Source of the DNA: Phoronis australis
Lineage: Eukaryota > Animalia > Phoronida
Length of the DNA: 42,164 bases
NCBI GenBank assembly: GCA_002633005.1
Contig: NMRA01000375.1
Location: 397,244-439,407 of the forward strand
Reading direction: 5' to 3'
Shown: piece after piece, positions 25,801-38,481 of the stretch
How positions within the stretch are numbered: position 1 is the stretch's first letter
Layout of the letters: every line of letters begins with the position of its first letter
Notes under the pieces: generated by a model
What the model saw: only the letters and a program-made list of their open reading frames with translations
Database searches by the model: none
What the model was told of the DNA's origin: nothing
Translations under genes and position numbers: made by a program

Positions 25801-28068
25801 TGTTACTTATTGTTAAAAATTTTATTTTAAACTTAAAAGTTGTAAATCGCATTTAGCTTCTATAACAAACGTTCAAGTTAGATTATAATAAAAACTCTTT
25901 GATGTTGAGACAACAACACTTAGCAAATGGGGAGTACGTACATGATGACAGTGGATGCTTAGGATATCATATTGAAGCATGCTGGATTGTTTGAGCGAGG
26001 TGGAGTTTAAAATGTTGATTGAGGATTGGGTAATTATTCACTGAGTGGCTGTTCTTATGTCCGTATAAGTTGTTGTTTGCATCTCCTTCCATCTGGGAGT
26101 ACATACACCCGATTTGTCAATCACAACCTTGTCAGCTCCACGGAATTTCGGCATTGTTTAGTTGTTGGTATAAGTGTTTGGTAGACGATAAAATGTAAGG
26201 CGTGTGGATTTCTACTGTGCACTACTTTGTGATTCGTCCGTGTAATATCAAAAAATTGCGTACTAGGTGTTTTTAACCAATCGTGTCGTAACGCATTCCA
26301 GGTCATGTGAGAAATGACGTTATTGCTTCACGTCATTCTTTGTATCAAACGGACAATAAACTATTTGAAAATATAACAAAACCGGATCATTGGGAAATGC
26401 ATGTCGCGTAGCTTTTCCGATTACTGATAAAAATTGCCATTTTTCCACAAGATGCCCAATATATCTGTATTACTAGTACAACTAGTACTACATGTGTTTT
26501 CAAGTTTTGACTGCATTATATGTACAGGTATAAAGTTTTCGATTTTTGTGTCTGTGGTTTTGCGTGTGACATACATTTGGATGTCAGTGTTTTGTCAATG
26601 TGAAATGTAAAATGCAATTCGTCTGCAATAGAAAGGGCATATTCTATCAACATAGTCTGTTTTCAAATGCCAACCTCTCTCAATTAATGAATCGTGGTTT
26701 CCACATCGAATAGTTTGGATAAATACACGTTGCAAACTAAATCAAATGCATACAGTAGTTAGGGATGTCGAGAGGGTGCGGAAAGGGAGGCCCACAACCC
26801 CAGGCCCGTGGCAATTAAGGCCATCTTCAGTGAAGGGAAAAAAACGGCACAACAAAAAACAAAAGTTCCAAAGGTTTGGGCTAGTCGGCCTCAGATAACT
26901 CAGAAACCTATGAAGGTCCCTCAAAATTTTACGGGTGTTGAAAGCAGGTAAAAGAAGAGACGATGTAGATTACGTGCCTGTTTGTGTTGTATAATATGGG
27001 CTGCCTGCATTATTGCTATGAAATGAACATGGAAAAACTGCTTTTGCAACATGGTTTGTATTATAATTGCCCTGCGATTACAGTTGTACATACATACTAG
27101 ACCAGTTACAAAATTACTCATGGGAACCAAAAAATGGCCAATTCACCAAAAACCAAGGAGTCATCAGAACTAATGTGCCAACCCTTTTCAGTCCTTCAAC
27201 AAAATATCATTTGTAGTGGACATAAACCCTCCTACAATCACATAAAACAACTTTTGATTTAGACAACTAAATAGGCATTATTTCCTGGTAAGTTTTGAGC
27301 AATTTAAGAATTTCAAAAGAACTGGCAATATGCAATCGGTTGAGACCTGGCTCTATAAGATGGCTTGTCAGATAGTGTGTAATTTTATACACCCAGCATG
27401 GTCTCGGGGAATAGCAAACTGTTAATTCGCTGCAATTCCAGAAATCATCTCCAATCTGGATAAGGAACAAATTGAGAAAAGTTTATAGAGGTAAATGGTC
27501 TCAATCAAATTTTTTTCTCCTGGACGGAATGTGGCTTTACAACCCAGGCAGAAAGATAAGTGAATAAAACCAGCCTAACTGTAACAGGGGCTCAAATGTC
27601 AGAAATAAATACTCATTAACAAACAAAAATCTATAATGGTAAATAAAATGCAGAAACATACATTTAGATCAAGTACACAATTTCAAGAAAAAGAAACAGT
27701 ACAATGGTCAGAAATCATCTAAATGTGTTGGCCACCCTGAGAATTCCTGGCAGACCAAAAAATCTAGTGGCTAAACAAAAGGAACAATGTACCATTACCA
27801 TGTAGCTGTACCTACTCAATCCACTGACCCAGGATCATGATCGGTGGCGGGACAAAAATTCAATTCAGGTAAATTTAGATATGTGCTGTTCACGCAGCAG
27901 TTCTTGTGCAAGCAAAGCTTGCAACAACATACAAGCCTACTTCCCTACACAGCTGTGCTGATATACCCCCACTGGTTTTAACAGATCAGCCAGAGTATTT
28001 ACAGGTCCATCGACTGTAGTGTTTCCTTCCTTTGAATTTTTACAATGCTACATCTTTGACAATCTTAA

Positions 28069-30035
28069 GGTAGGTGTATACATGTACACTGATCAAATCT
28101 CCAGGTTCTTAACTAAAATGAGTAAAAGGGAGTTTTAGCTAGTTAGACATGACTCTGAAAGTGACAAAAATCGAAAAAAAGTTTTGTTTGTAGTTCGTTT
28201 TATAAAAAAATCGAATTTTTTAATTTCCAAAAAATCCAATTTTACCTCGAATTTCTTTTTAAAATGCACAGGGATTATCATCAACTGTTTCCTTACGCAA
28301 TATTCTACTTATCCATACCAAATATATGTACAAAATCATTATGATCTTGATTTTGTGGCATTTTTTGTGTGTGAGATGGGGCAAGCACGCCACTTTTTGT
28401 CATTTGGTCACGTTCCGTCTAATAACTAAAAATCTGGTCCATTTATCAAAAAACCCTGGCACGCGATTTTACTTCAGTCCTAGAGGATTTCAAATTTGCA
28501 ACTTTCGTAAAAATTGAACCACGTGTTGTGGAAAAATAAGCCCGAGAATCTTGTCACTATCCTGAAATCACGAGCCGAGAAAAACGGCTTTGAAGTTAAG
28601 CGGTCATCGATTGCCACTTGAGATCAAATTTCGTTCAGAATGCGTGGTCATTATGTTCCAATTTTTGTTGAAGTACTAGAAATAAAGCTTATATTTACTT
28701 CATATTTAGAAAATGTGACACACCTGTTTGTTAACAGTGTAATTTTAATCATTTTTCGAACTTGTGAAGCACGACAGACGACCAAAACAAATATGGCTGT
28801 CACGTGGGCGGAGCTTAGCGTTGATCTATTGTCTGCTGTACTGGTGTGCCGATCACACATTAAAACCATGTGTTGATTGTTTATACGACTCATCTGAACT
28901 CTCCACTCAGTTTGTAAAAGACTCTCTAACTATATTACACAGACCTGTTTGTTAGTTTTCCAATATTATCATCAACCAATATATATGTTATATCAAATCG
29001 CCGCGTTACTGCCTACATAACAATATTGGCGACGAGGATAAAGAACTACTTTCATAGTAATGGTTCAACATTTTTACGTGCCTGTACCGAATGGACTTTG
29101 GGATAAGAAAATATCACTTTCTGCGCAAATAGCGCCGTTTGGGTGAGGTTCTCAAGTTACTTAAGTTTCTTATATTGCTTTCCTCTAGAATTGTATAATA
29201 TCATGAGTTTTAATTCAGGGTTACGTTTGAATCTATGCACTAGAAAATTTTTTGTTATGTTGAACATTGGGTCATTTCTCTAATTCTTTGGGTTACGGCC
29301 AGTGGCAAGTTAAAAATCCTCTGGGTTTGACAGCATAATTTCTCCACGGCGCGTTCCCAGCACAGAAGCACGGTTTATCTGCGAAGACTCTACTCTGACG
29401 GCAAGTAGTTGTCCATGTGTCGCGCGCGCGGCTTGTCTTCACAGCGGGTGCATGCACTCTCACCGAATCGTGCAACACCACCCACGTCGACACTCAGCGT
29501 CCTCTCGCAAGACACCTGACCTTATATTACCGACTTCTCTTATACATGCACAATTTCTGCACGGACTCCTCAAGAGTGAGTGCAGTGATGGCTTTGGTAG
29601 GGCTTGGCGTACTCAACTTAATGTTTTTGCAGATAGACAAACAGGCTCAGGCTCGGAACAGGAGCTAGTTCACCATTTCACTACCAACTTTCACATGATC
29701 AAGAATAGAATTGTTTTATTCTTGGTCTTGCTACAACACCAATATCAGCTGGTACATCACTCTCGATTGCCCGGTTACGCAATGCTTGTTGACAGGGTTA
29801 GATTAGAGCTAGTGTCCTTGTATATAAGCTCCGCCCCAGTTGTCAATCACTGAGCAGGTGAGCACTCAAGCCATATGACTTACTGAGGCTTGGTCAAATA
29901 TAGCTAAAAAACAACTTTGGATTTTCATAATGATTTTATTTTTCTTTAGTATACTGTGCATCAAGAATTAAAGATTAGGATGACATAAAAGTGTAAAAAA
30001 CAGTCAAAATTAATTTTTTTGTGTATCCACCTACC
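28069..30035. mobile_element. Non-autonomous TTAA-specific DNA transposon (Kolobok-like)
   Basis: TTAA|GGTAGGTGTATACA ... TGTATCCACCTACC|TTAA. The TIR matches at 13 of 14 bases, with TTAA at 28065-28068 and 30036-30039. Confidence 0.85.
28730..29039 (+). mobile_element. Gypsy-like LTR 3' end with tRNA-Ser primer-binding site
   Basis: ...cataaCA is followed by atatTGGCGACGAGGAT (29027-29039), complementary to the 3' end of tRNA-Ser(GCT) (ATCCTCGTCG-CCA). The left boundary is approximate. Confidence 0.55.
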
Positions 30036-30599
30036 TTAAGTAATCGTGAACCTGTTGCTGAACCACCCTTTGTGGGAATAGTTGATAAACGTTTCCGTGT
30101 TTCTCAAGTTGTGAGCCCTTTGCTGACGTCATGTACGTTATCTGTTCGCCTGCAGCTGGCGCAGCGATTAGTGTGAATCGTTGGATTAGTTGAATTGTGT
30201 GTTTCGTGTCTTTCAAGTTGTGAGCCTTTTGCCAACGTCATGTGCGCTATCTGCTTGCTAACAGGGAAGGAGGTATAAAGGAAGACGGGGGGGGGGGGGN
30301 NNNNNNACGAGTCCGAAGATCTTAGATTCTAGTGACACTGTGTCTACTACACATGATATACGTGACGATTTTAATCAATAATAAATTGATAGTTTCTGTT
30401 TGTTCTAACAGGACTCGATCAAAAAAAGGAATATTCGTATAACCACTACATTGCAATTTAAATGTCTCGTCCTCATTCGTCTCATCCTCCTGCTTTCTGT
30501 TGTCTATTGGCACTGGTGGTGGTTCTTCACAAGCGGTATAATAATAGAATAACATAAGCCACATTTCATGGTGACTGTGGACGAACAATGCATTGGTCG

Positions 30600-30643
30600 T
30601 CATTGACATTGCTCGGAGAACATGTCATCTGTGCAAGGCATAC
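30600..30643 (-). CDS. Possible short terminal exon after the RHIM exon
   Basis: Acceptor cattgttccacAG|GT is phase 1 and compatible with the 30923 donor. It reads (G)MPCTDDMFSEQCQ*. Confidence 0.35.
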
Positions 30644-30922
30644 CTGTGGAACAATGGCGCTCGTCTGCCTAAAAATCTTACAATAGTTTAATAAAAATCA
30701 GTTTGGACAAAAGCGACTACTGACTTGCTATATAAAACCGAAGGACTAAGCGGCCGCCAGTGTCACATGAACTGTTTAATAAAACTGTTCTTACAATTGT
30801 ATACGATGACAGAATTGGACTTTTAAAGAATGTGTACATGTAATGTCTTGAAAGTTTGAGAGGAGACAAAAGTAACATTAATTTACGAGTACTATGTTTA
30901 AATAATGAGACTGTGTCATTAC

Positions 30923-31195
30923 CTTCTTTGATTGTGCTTTCGGAGCTCCCATCTGATGACACACCCTGTTCCTGACCAGATGGTCCCTTTGGGATTGAAC
31001 GTCCCTTTTGTTCATGCTCGGCCCTAACGTATTCTATGTCTTCTTCGCATTGATTAACATTCATTGTGTTATAGTTTCCAATCTGGACGTTCCCTGTTTT
31101 ACCCGAAAAAGTGACCCTTGGAGAAGTCGCATACTCAGGAGTGTTTGAAGTACCACTAAAAGATTGTCCGCTACAGTCTTCGTTCTGTATTTCAT
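30923..31195 (-). CDS. RHIM-containing exon (273 nt, phase 1-1)
   Basis: Acceptor attatattccAG|AT and donor GAAG|GTAATG. Translation: EIQNEDCSGQSFSGTSNTPEYATSPRVTFSGKTGNVQIGNYNTMNVNQCEEDIEYVRAEHEQKGRS...STIKE. The VQIG core is at 31077-31088. Confidence 0.8.
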
Positions 31196-31486
31196 CTGGA
31201 ATATAATCATATGCTTACATAGACCAGCACTTATACTTATTTTTCTGCTCAAAGAATGAAAATCTAACCTGGCCTTTTATTCTCGCAAAATTGGTCTCAC
31301 AATACCGCTTAGCGTGAGAGATACGTATACTTTTCATTTCTTAAATTTTATTTTACGGGTACAGGTAAATATTGTAGCTAACATTCACTGCTCAGAAATC
31401 GAATTAACAGTTGGGCAACAAGTAAATATTGCACAAATGAATTATCATAGAAACAATTAAAAACAGTCATAGTTGATGCAATTACA

Positions 31487-31504
31487 AACACACACGCACA
31501 CACA

Positions 31505-31548
<44 letters not shown>
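31487..31548. repeat. (CA)n microsatellite
   Basis: Read directly; ends at an n. Confidence 0.98.
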
Positions 31549-31599
31549 NCAGATATGACAAGAATCAACAATTTTAACAACGACAATTTTCCCCTTACT

Positions 31600-31815
31600 T
31601 GTTCATTTTCTTGTTTTTCAATTTTTTAAAACTTGCATTTGTAAAATTCGTATCGTAAACCACCATTGCTCGATGTTTTATTGTTTTGGGATTGTTTTAA
31701 AGCGTCAAAGCGCTCCTCCTTTGTGATCTCTTGTTCTAATAATACGGAAAGATCATCTCTCAATACTTTCCCACTAGTCAGAGTAAATTTATCAGAGAAT
31801 GTTTTGTATCTGTTT
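31600..31815 (-). mobile_element. Tx1/L1-clade LINE ORF2 fragment (pre-RT region)
   Basis: LLEQEITKEERFDALKQSQNNKTSSNGGLRYEFYK fits the pattern LExxITxxExxxALKxMxNNKSPGxDGLxxEFYK. Confidence 0.8.
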
Positions 31816-34800
31816 ACTTGGCGGAATTCTTCAAATTCCGACAACTATGTTGCTCTGCCATCAAGTTTGTTTTTACTTTTAAATTTCGCCAAGTATGTCG
31901 GTCTTCCACCAAGTTTTTACTTGGCGGAATTCTTCCGCCAAGTATGTTGCTCTGTCGTCAAGTTTTTTTATTTTTACTTGGCTGAATTCTGGTCGCAGTT
32001 TTCGGCCGATCCGCACGAAATTTGCACACGACGTGTAGATTGGAAAGTCGTGGAAGCCTATTGTTTTTGGTTATGATTGGATACAAAATGGCGGACGTGG
32101 CGGCCATTTTGTATCCGATTTCACAATCAAATGGTCGTAGAGGCCGCATTTTTAATGTACCTGGCTGAAAATCAACACGATTATACTACAACGCATGTGT
32201 TACAACTGTGCAGAAAATCGTTGACTTCCAGTCAAGGATGGCGGAAAAATTGGAAGTGGTGCATGCGCACCCCGAAATATGGCCAAAACGTTTTCTCCTG
32301 TAGAGGCGCATTTGCAAAGCAATCACTTTCAAACTGGTCACGTGTTTGTTGAGTTTAATAAGCTTTTGTAAAAATTTATTGAACCGGAAGTCACTTTCAA
32401 GATGGCGGATGTGGCGCATGTTCACACGGTTTCAATCGTTCTGCTGTAGCGTTTTTAACGGGAAGAGCAAATGACGTGAACTTTTGCATGTGGATTCCTT
32501 TAAGTATGGCCTTTCAAAATGTCTGTGAGAGCGTATTTCTCAGACTTACCGTTTTCGAGTTATTTGACTTTGAATTTCAGAAAAAAACCCGCAAATTTTC
32601 AATTGTTTCGAAATTTTTTGGATTTTTGCCAAAATATCACCTTAGACAGAGTTTTGAACGGGCTTCCATAAGATATTTTACATTTTGCGCTACGATCTCT
32701 CCTTTTTGAAATATTGGAGATTTTCGGATACTGTTGTTCCTTCGGTCAGCTATGCAAGCACGCAGCTGGCTGGCTTTCAGTTCACTTTGGTTTGGTTATG
32801 CCTAGTTGACCCCGACTGACCCAGCCAGCACTGTCCTACTGTAGACTGGAATTCCAGGCCAAATACTTTTAACTTTGCTCTGCAGACTGTCACATAGCGC
32901 CACCTATTTTGGAATGTGGGAACAAAGCATGACTCGTCCGTCATGTTGCGCCATCTATTGTTCTTTATTGTAGTTGATTGTATGCTCTCTATTTGATTTC
33001 TTCGCTAGTCAAATGAATGTTATGGTGCTATTCATAATTGCCGCCTTNTTTCTTCGCTAGTCAAATGAATGTTATGGTGCTATTCATAATTGCCGCCTTG
33101 ATCGTCATGATTGTCGTCGTCCTCACCATCGTCGTCTTTTCTATTAATTCCGCCAAGTGTCGCTCCTCCGAGCGCTCTCGTTTTTTTTGGTTGTCCGCAC
33201 GATACAGGTCGCAATTTTCGTCCGATCATCACGAAATTTACACATAACACGTAGTTCCAGAAGTACTAAAAGCCTATTGTTTTTCGTCAAAATCGGATCC
33301 AAGATAGCGACTGTGGCGGCCATTTTGTTTTCATTTTAAGATTCAAAGGCTTCTGAAGGCTACAATTTTTTACGTACAGAGCTGAAATCAGCACAATTAA
33401 TGGACCTGATGTGCACTAGAGGTATACAGGAAATTGTTTACTTCCGGTTAAAGATGGCGGATATATCAGTGATCGGGCATGCGCACCTCGATTTTGGCCT
33501 AATAACGTTTTCTCCTGTACAGGGCGCATTATAAGACAAATTCCTTCGAATTTTTACAGGCATTAGTTTCTTATGACATGCTACTACACAAAGCCAAAAA
33601 ACCGGAAGTTGCTTTCATGATGGCGGATCTGGCGAATGTTGACCCCTTTTCAGTCGTTCTGGAGTGCAATTTTAAACGAGAAGAGAAAAAGACGTGATTT
33701 TTGGCATGTGGATTTTTTCAGGTATACTCTTTCAAATGGCATGTACAATTTTTTTCTCAGACTTAGCGTTTTCAAGTTGTTAGACTATGAATTTCATAAA
33801 AAACGTAAAATTTCAATTTTTCAAAAAATTAGGCGATACCATCAATTAAGATAGAATTTTGAACGGGTTTCAGGTGGTGTGTTCCATGTTTCGCTAGGAC
33901 GTCTACTTTTCGAGTTATTTGAGATTTTCTGATAACGCTGTTCCTTTGTTGCGCGCTTTTGCTGCATTGATGTTGGTTTATCTTCAATTGAACTAGACTG
34001 TAAACTATTTCTTATAGATTTATGACATCTAAGTTCGTCATATGAATGCTGTGATGTTGTTTCTCATCGCCACCACCATCGTCATTTTCGTCGTCATCGT
34101 CATCATCTCCGTCGTTGTCTTTTCCGTTAATTTCGCCAAGTGTCGCTCAAGACTGTAGCCTTTTTCTTACTGACTTCGGACTTCTACGTTCGTCATGTGT
34201 ATGTTATTATTACTTCTTTTGTTCATCCTCGCCACCATCGTCGTCATATTCGTCGTGTTCGTCATCATCTTGATCGTCATCTTTTTGGTTAATTTCGCCA
34301 AGTTTCGCTCCTCGGAGCGCTTTCATTTGTTTGTTCGCACGATACAGATCGCAATTTTCATCCGATCATCACGAAATTTTTTCATAACACGTAGTTCCGG
34401 AAGTTTTGGAAGCCTATTGTATTTCGTCATAATCGGATCCAAGATGGCGGCTGTGGCGGCCATTTTGTTTGCATTTTCAGATTCAAAGGCTTCTGGAGGC
34501 TACAAAGCTGAAAATTGGCACTATTGTTGGACTGGATTTTCTCTGCAGGTACCCCGGAAATTGTTCACTTCCGTTCAAAGATGGCGGAAATATTGGCAAT
34601 CGCGCATGCGCACCTCGATTTCGGGAAAAAACGTTTTCTCCTGTAGAGGGCGCATATAGGGCTAATTCCTTCGAAAATTTCCAGATATTAGATTTTAATG
34701 ACTTGCCATTATATAAAGCCCAATAACCGGAAGTTGCTTTCAAGATGGCAGATCTGGCGCATGTTGACCCATTTTCAGTCGTTCTGAGGTGCCATTAAAA

Positions 34801-37037
34801 CGGGATAAGGAAATGACGTGAATTTTTGCATGTGGATTGTCTAATGTATATTCTTTCAAAGGAACTCTAACAATTTTTTCTAAGAGTCACTGTTTTTGAG
34901 TTATTTGACTTTCAATTTCTTAGAAAAACGCAAAATTTAATTTTTTCGAAAAATTTACGAAAGTGCGTGAAAATATTATTTTAGATAGAATTTTGAACGG
35001 TCTTTCAGATGACATCTTTCATTTTTTGCTAGGACTTCTACTTTTTGAATTATTCGAGACTTTCTGATAGCGTTGTTCCTTTGTTAAGCGCTCTTACTGC
35101 ATTGATATTGGTTTAGCTTCTATTGAACAAGACTGTAGCCTATTTTTTACTGATTTATGACATCTAAGTGCGTCATATGAATGTTATAATGTTGTGCAGC
35201 ATCATCACCATCGTCATCATACTTGTCATCTTCGCCATCATCTGCGTCGTCGTCTTTGAGTTTACTTCGCCAAGTGTCGCTCAAGACTTTAGCCTATACT
35301 TACTGATGTCTGGCCTTTACGTTCGTCTTGTGAATGTTATAATTACTTGAATTGTTCATCATCGTCACCATCGTCGTCATATTCGTTATCTCTATCGTCG
35401 TCTTTTTTGTTATTTTCGACAAGTGTCGCTCCTCGGAGCGGTTTCATTTTTTGTTTGTTTGTTCGCACGATACAGGTCGCAATTTCCGTCCGATCATCAA
35501 AAAATTTACACATAACACGTAGTTTCCAACGTTCTGGAAGCCTATTGTTTTTCGTCATAATCGGATCCAAGATGGCGGATATGGCGCCATTTTTTCATTT
35601 TAAGATTCAAATGCTCCTGGAGGCTATATTTTGTACGTGCAGGGCTGAAAATCAGTACAATTATTGTAGAAGACACGTGTTAAATATGTACCGGAAATTG
35701 TTAACTTCCAGTTAAAGATGGCGGAAATATCGGCAATCGCGCATGCGCACCTCGACTTTGGAAAAAAACATTTTCTACTGTAGAGGGCGCATTATAGAGG
35801 CAATTCCTCCAAATTTTTGCAGGTGTTAGTTTCTTATGACATTCTATTATTCGGATCTAAAAAACCGGAAGTTGCTTCCAAGATGGCGGATTTGGCCCAT
35901 GTTGACCTATTTGCAGTCGTGCTGGGGTGCCATTTTAAACGGGAAGAGAGAATGACGTGAATTTTTGCATGTGGATTCTTTGAAGTATAGCCTTTCAAAT
36001 TACCTCTAACAATTTTTCTCAGACTTACCGTTTTCGAGTTATTTGACTTTGAATTTCTTATAAAAACGCAAAATTTCATTTTTTTCGAATAATTTACGGA
36101 ATTGTGTGATACTTTCAATTGAGTTTTGAACGGGATTTCAGAAGATATTTTTCATTTTCCGCTACGACGTCTACTTTTTGAATTATTCGAGATTTTCTGA
36201 TAGCGCTGTTCCTTTGTTGAGCGCTGTTACTGCATTGATGTTGGCTAAAGGCCAAGTATGGTGCCAAAATGACTATTTTTATATCTAAAATACATTACAT
36301 ACCCCAGTCCTTAATTAAGTAGGCCTTCGACAATACAGTAGCCCCATCACGAACCACATTTAGCGCCAAAAAAACTTGAGACGGCGCTCGCGTCAATCGA
36401 AGTTTATGACATCATCGTTACTACGAATTTGGCTTTCACCGTGTCTCCACAGTATCGGAATCAGCGATGCGATGACTGGCCATTTACTTTAGTGCAAAAT
36501 ACGTGGAAAATCAAGGAAACACACTAATTTTTCATTTCATGTCAGTTAATATTAAAATTGATCAAAATTATTTCCTTTAGAATTTTTTATTCAATTATTT
36601 AGCACGTATTCTATTACGGGCCCGTATGGTAATCCCCGGCAGTGACTGGGGCCGTCGAAACAGCCTGAAAAACAAAACGCTTCGTCTGAATTGTTATCAG
36701 CAATTTCGCAATGTGTATTTTAAAGAGTAATTTGCTTGATACAAAAACTTTGATGTTAGGAACTTAGGATTCATGTCCTTTTGAAGCCCAAGGTGTGAAC
36801 GCTGCGCGATTTCAATACGGGCGGCTGTCGAGTGAGTGTCCCGTATTGGTATAGGCGACAATAGGCCATTTAATTTGGTGCAAAATACTTGGAAACGTTA
36901 CAACACATATCAGCTTGATGTTTTCGCACAAAGCAATTAAATAATCAAATTCATTGAAAACTTTATATTAGAAACTCAATTTTCAAAATTGCCTTGAAAT
37001 GCTGCAACCCGTAGCCTAATCGCCGCCATTTTGACTC

Positions 37038-37255
37038 TAGACCTGGATCCCAGAGCTTTTTTGGGCAGGAAAAGGTAACCAATTTTCTTTGGTGCCACAG
37101 TGCTCTAGGGGTATCCTGATGCTTGGAAATGGCCGTCTGGCAGGTTCGCTATGGTGAGTGTGGTCAGGAGAACCAAGAGAATTACTGTACACTAGAACAT
37201 TGAGCTAGATCAACTTTTCTGGTAACCACTTCAAACTACCTGGGATCCCGGTCTA
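37038..37255. mobile_element. 218-bp MITE with TAG...CTA termini (Academ-like)
   Basis: TAGACCTGGATCCCAG ... CTGGGATCCCGGTCTA; the TIR matches at 15 of 16 bases. Confidence 0.75.
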
Positions 37256-38329
37256 CTGGGTCAACCTAAAAAATTGAACATTTAATACACTGTAGCAACA
37301 CAACATTGTGAGTGGCTGTAAAAAATTAAAACTACGAAATAAAGTCGGAATTGCATGAAAACCTAACCAAATTTAAGAAATTGTAATCAATTGAACGTTT
37401 TAAATTCAGTGTCAGAATTCCGTTAGGCCAGAATATTCCGGATTTGGGCCGGATTCCTTATACTCTGGGCCGGAACAGTAACACGGAACATCGAAGTGCA
37501 CACTGCAAATTTTGTTTTGAAGCCAGCCAGCTAGCTGTTTGAGGACTATCGCCAAAATACAGCAAGGTAACACTGTGAATTGAGCTCCGTATAGTCTATG
37601 GTTAAACCACGAAATCTCATATACATGTAGGCCGGGTACGAGTTGTGTTAGTCACCTCGTCGTGAAACTTATATGGCAGGGCCAACGACCAACGGCCGGG
37701 GTGCATGCAAAATCTGGGAGACTGACAATTCAGACACTCACCTTGCCCGTTGGCAGTTGTTTACGGGAAGAACAATCTAATAAACGTAATTTTCTAACAT
37801 TACTTTGCGCCTTTTGAGTTACGTAACAAAGAAAGTATGTCGTCGTTTTAAAAACAGCACGATCGTGACACGCGCACGCGCCGTACTAAAATTTTGCGAC
37901 TTCTTTTGGGACATGATGACAGCTTCGTAGCAGTAAATTTTGTTCTAAATTCGGTTTGCTGGTCTTAAAAATGCTAATAACTTGTAACGAAATGAAACCA
38001 GTTCCTGCAATTTGTTGTGACAGTACGCATTCGCGTGGCAGCAAAGAACAGTTGATAGAAGAATAAACCGGGGGAAAAGAAACTGTTCAGGCCAGGTGAC
38101 GTAATCGCAAAACGCCGACACGCAAGAGCGCACTTCAATTTTAGCAGTAGGCCTAGATGAGCGGTAGGACGATAATTCTTCCAACTCCGGTAATTAATTT
38201 GGTTTACTCAAAGAGCGGTGCAGCTTTTAATGACACTATTTCTGAGTCAGATTTTATTCAGTCATTTTTACCCACATGGACACGAAGCTGTAGATTTTGT
38301 ATAGCCTACAGCTTTGCACCAAGCCTAAA

Positions 38330-38481
38330 ACAGATCTTGCCGATCGGAAAAGTTTGTCGCCAGTCCTTGTCGTGGATACGCATCTATTCCACGCACGGCA
38401 CACGGCGTGCTCGGTTGGGAAGTTGTGCAAATGTATCCTATTGTCGCTGACATTGCTACACCCGCACACCACGCAAAGAGG
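38330..38481 (-). pseudogene. THAP zinc-finger domain relic
   Basis: MPLCVVCGCSNVSDNRIHLHNFPTEHAVCRAWNRCV contains CxxxxC, FP and W. The CxxHF part is degraded. Confidence 0.75.

Noticed and set aside
32997-33098. ~50-bp direct duplication
   Set aside because: It straddles the n at 33048; likely an artefact.
34195-34659. Hydrophobic 'membrane protein' ORFs (also 33038, 35168, 39930)
   Set aside because: The hydrophobicity comes from (ATC/GTC)n tracts of the repeat units, and frames are not conserved between units.
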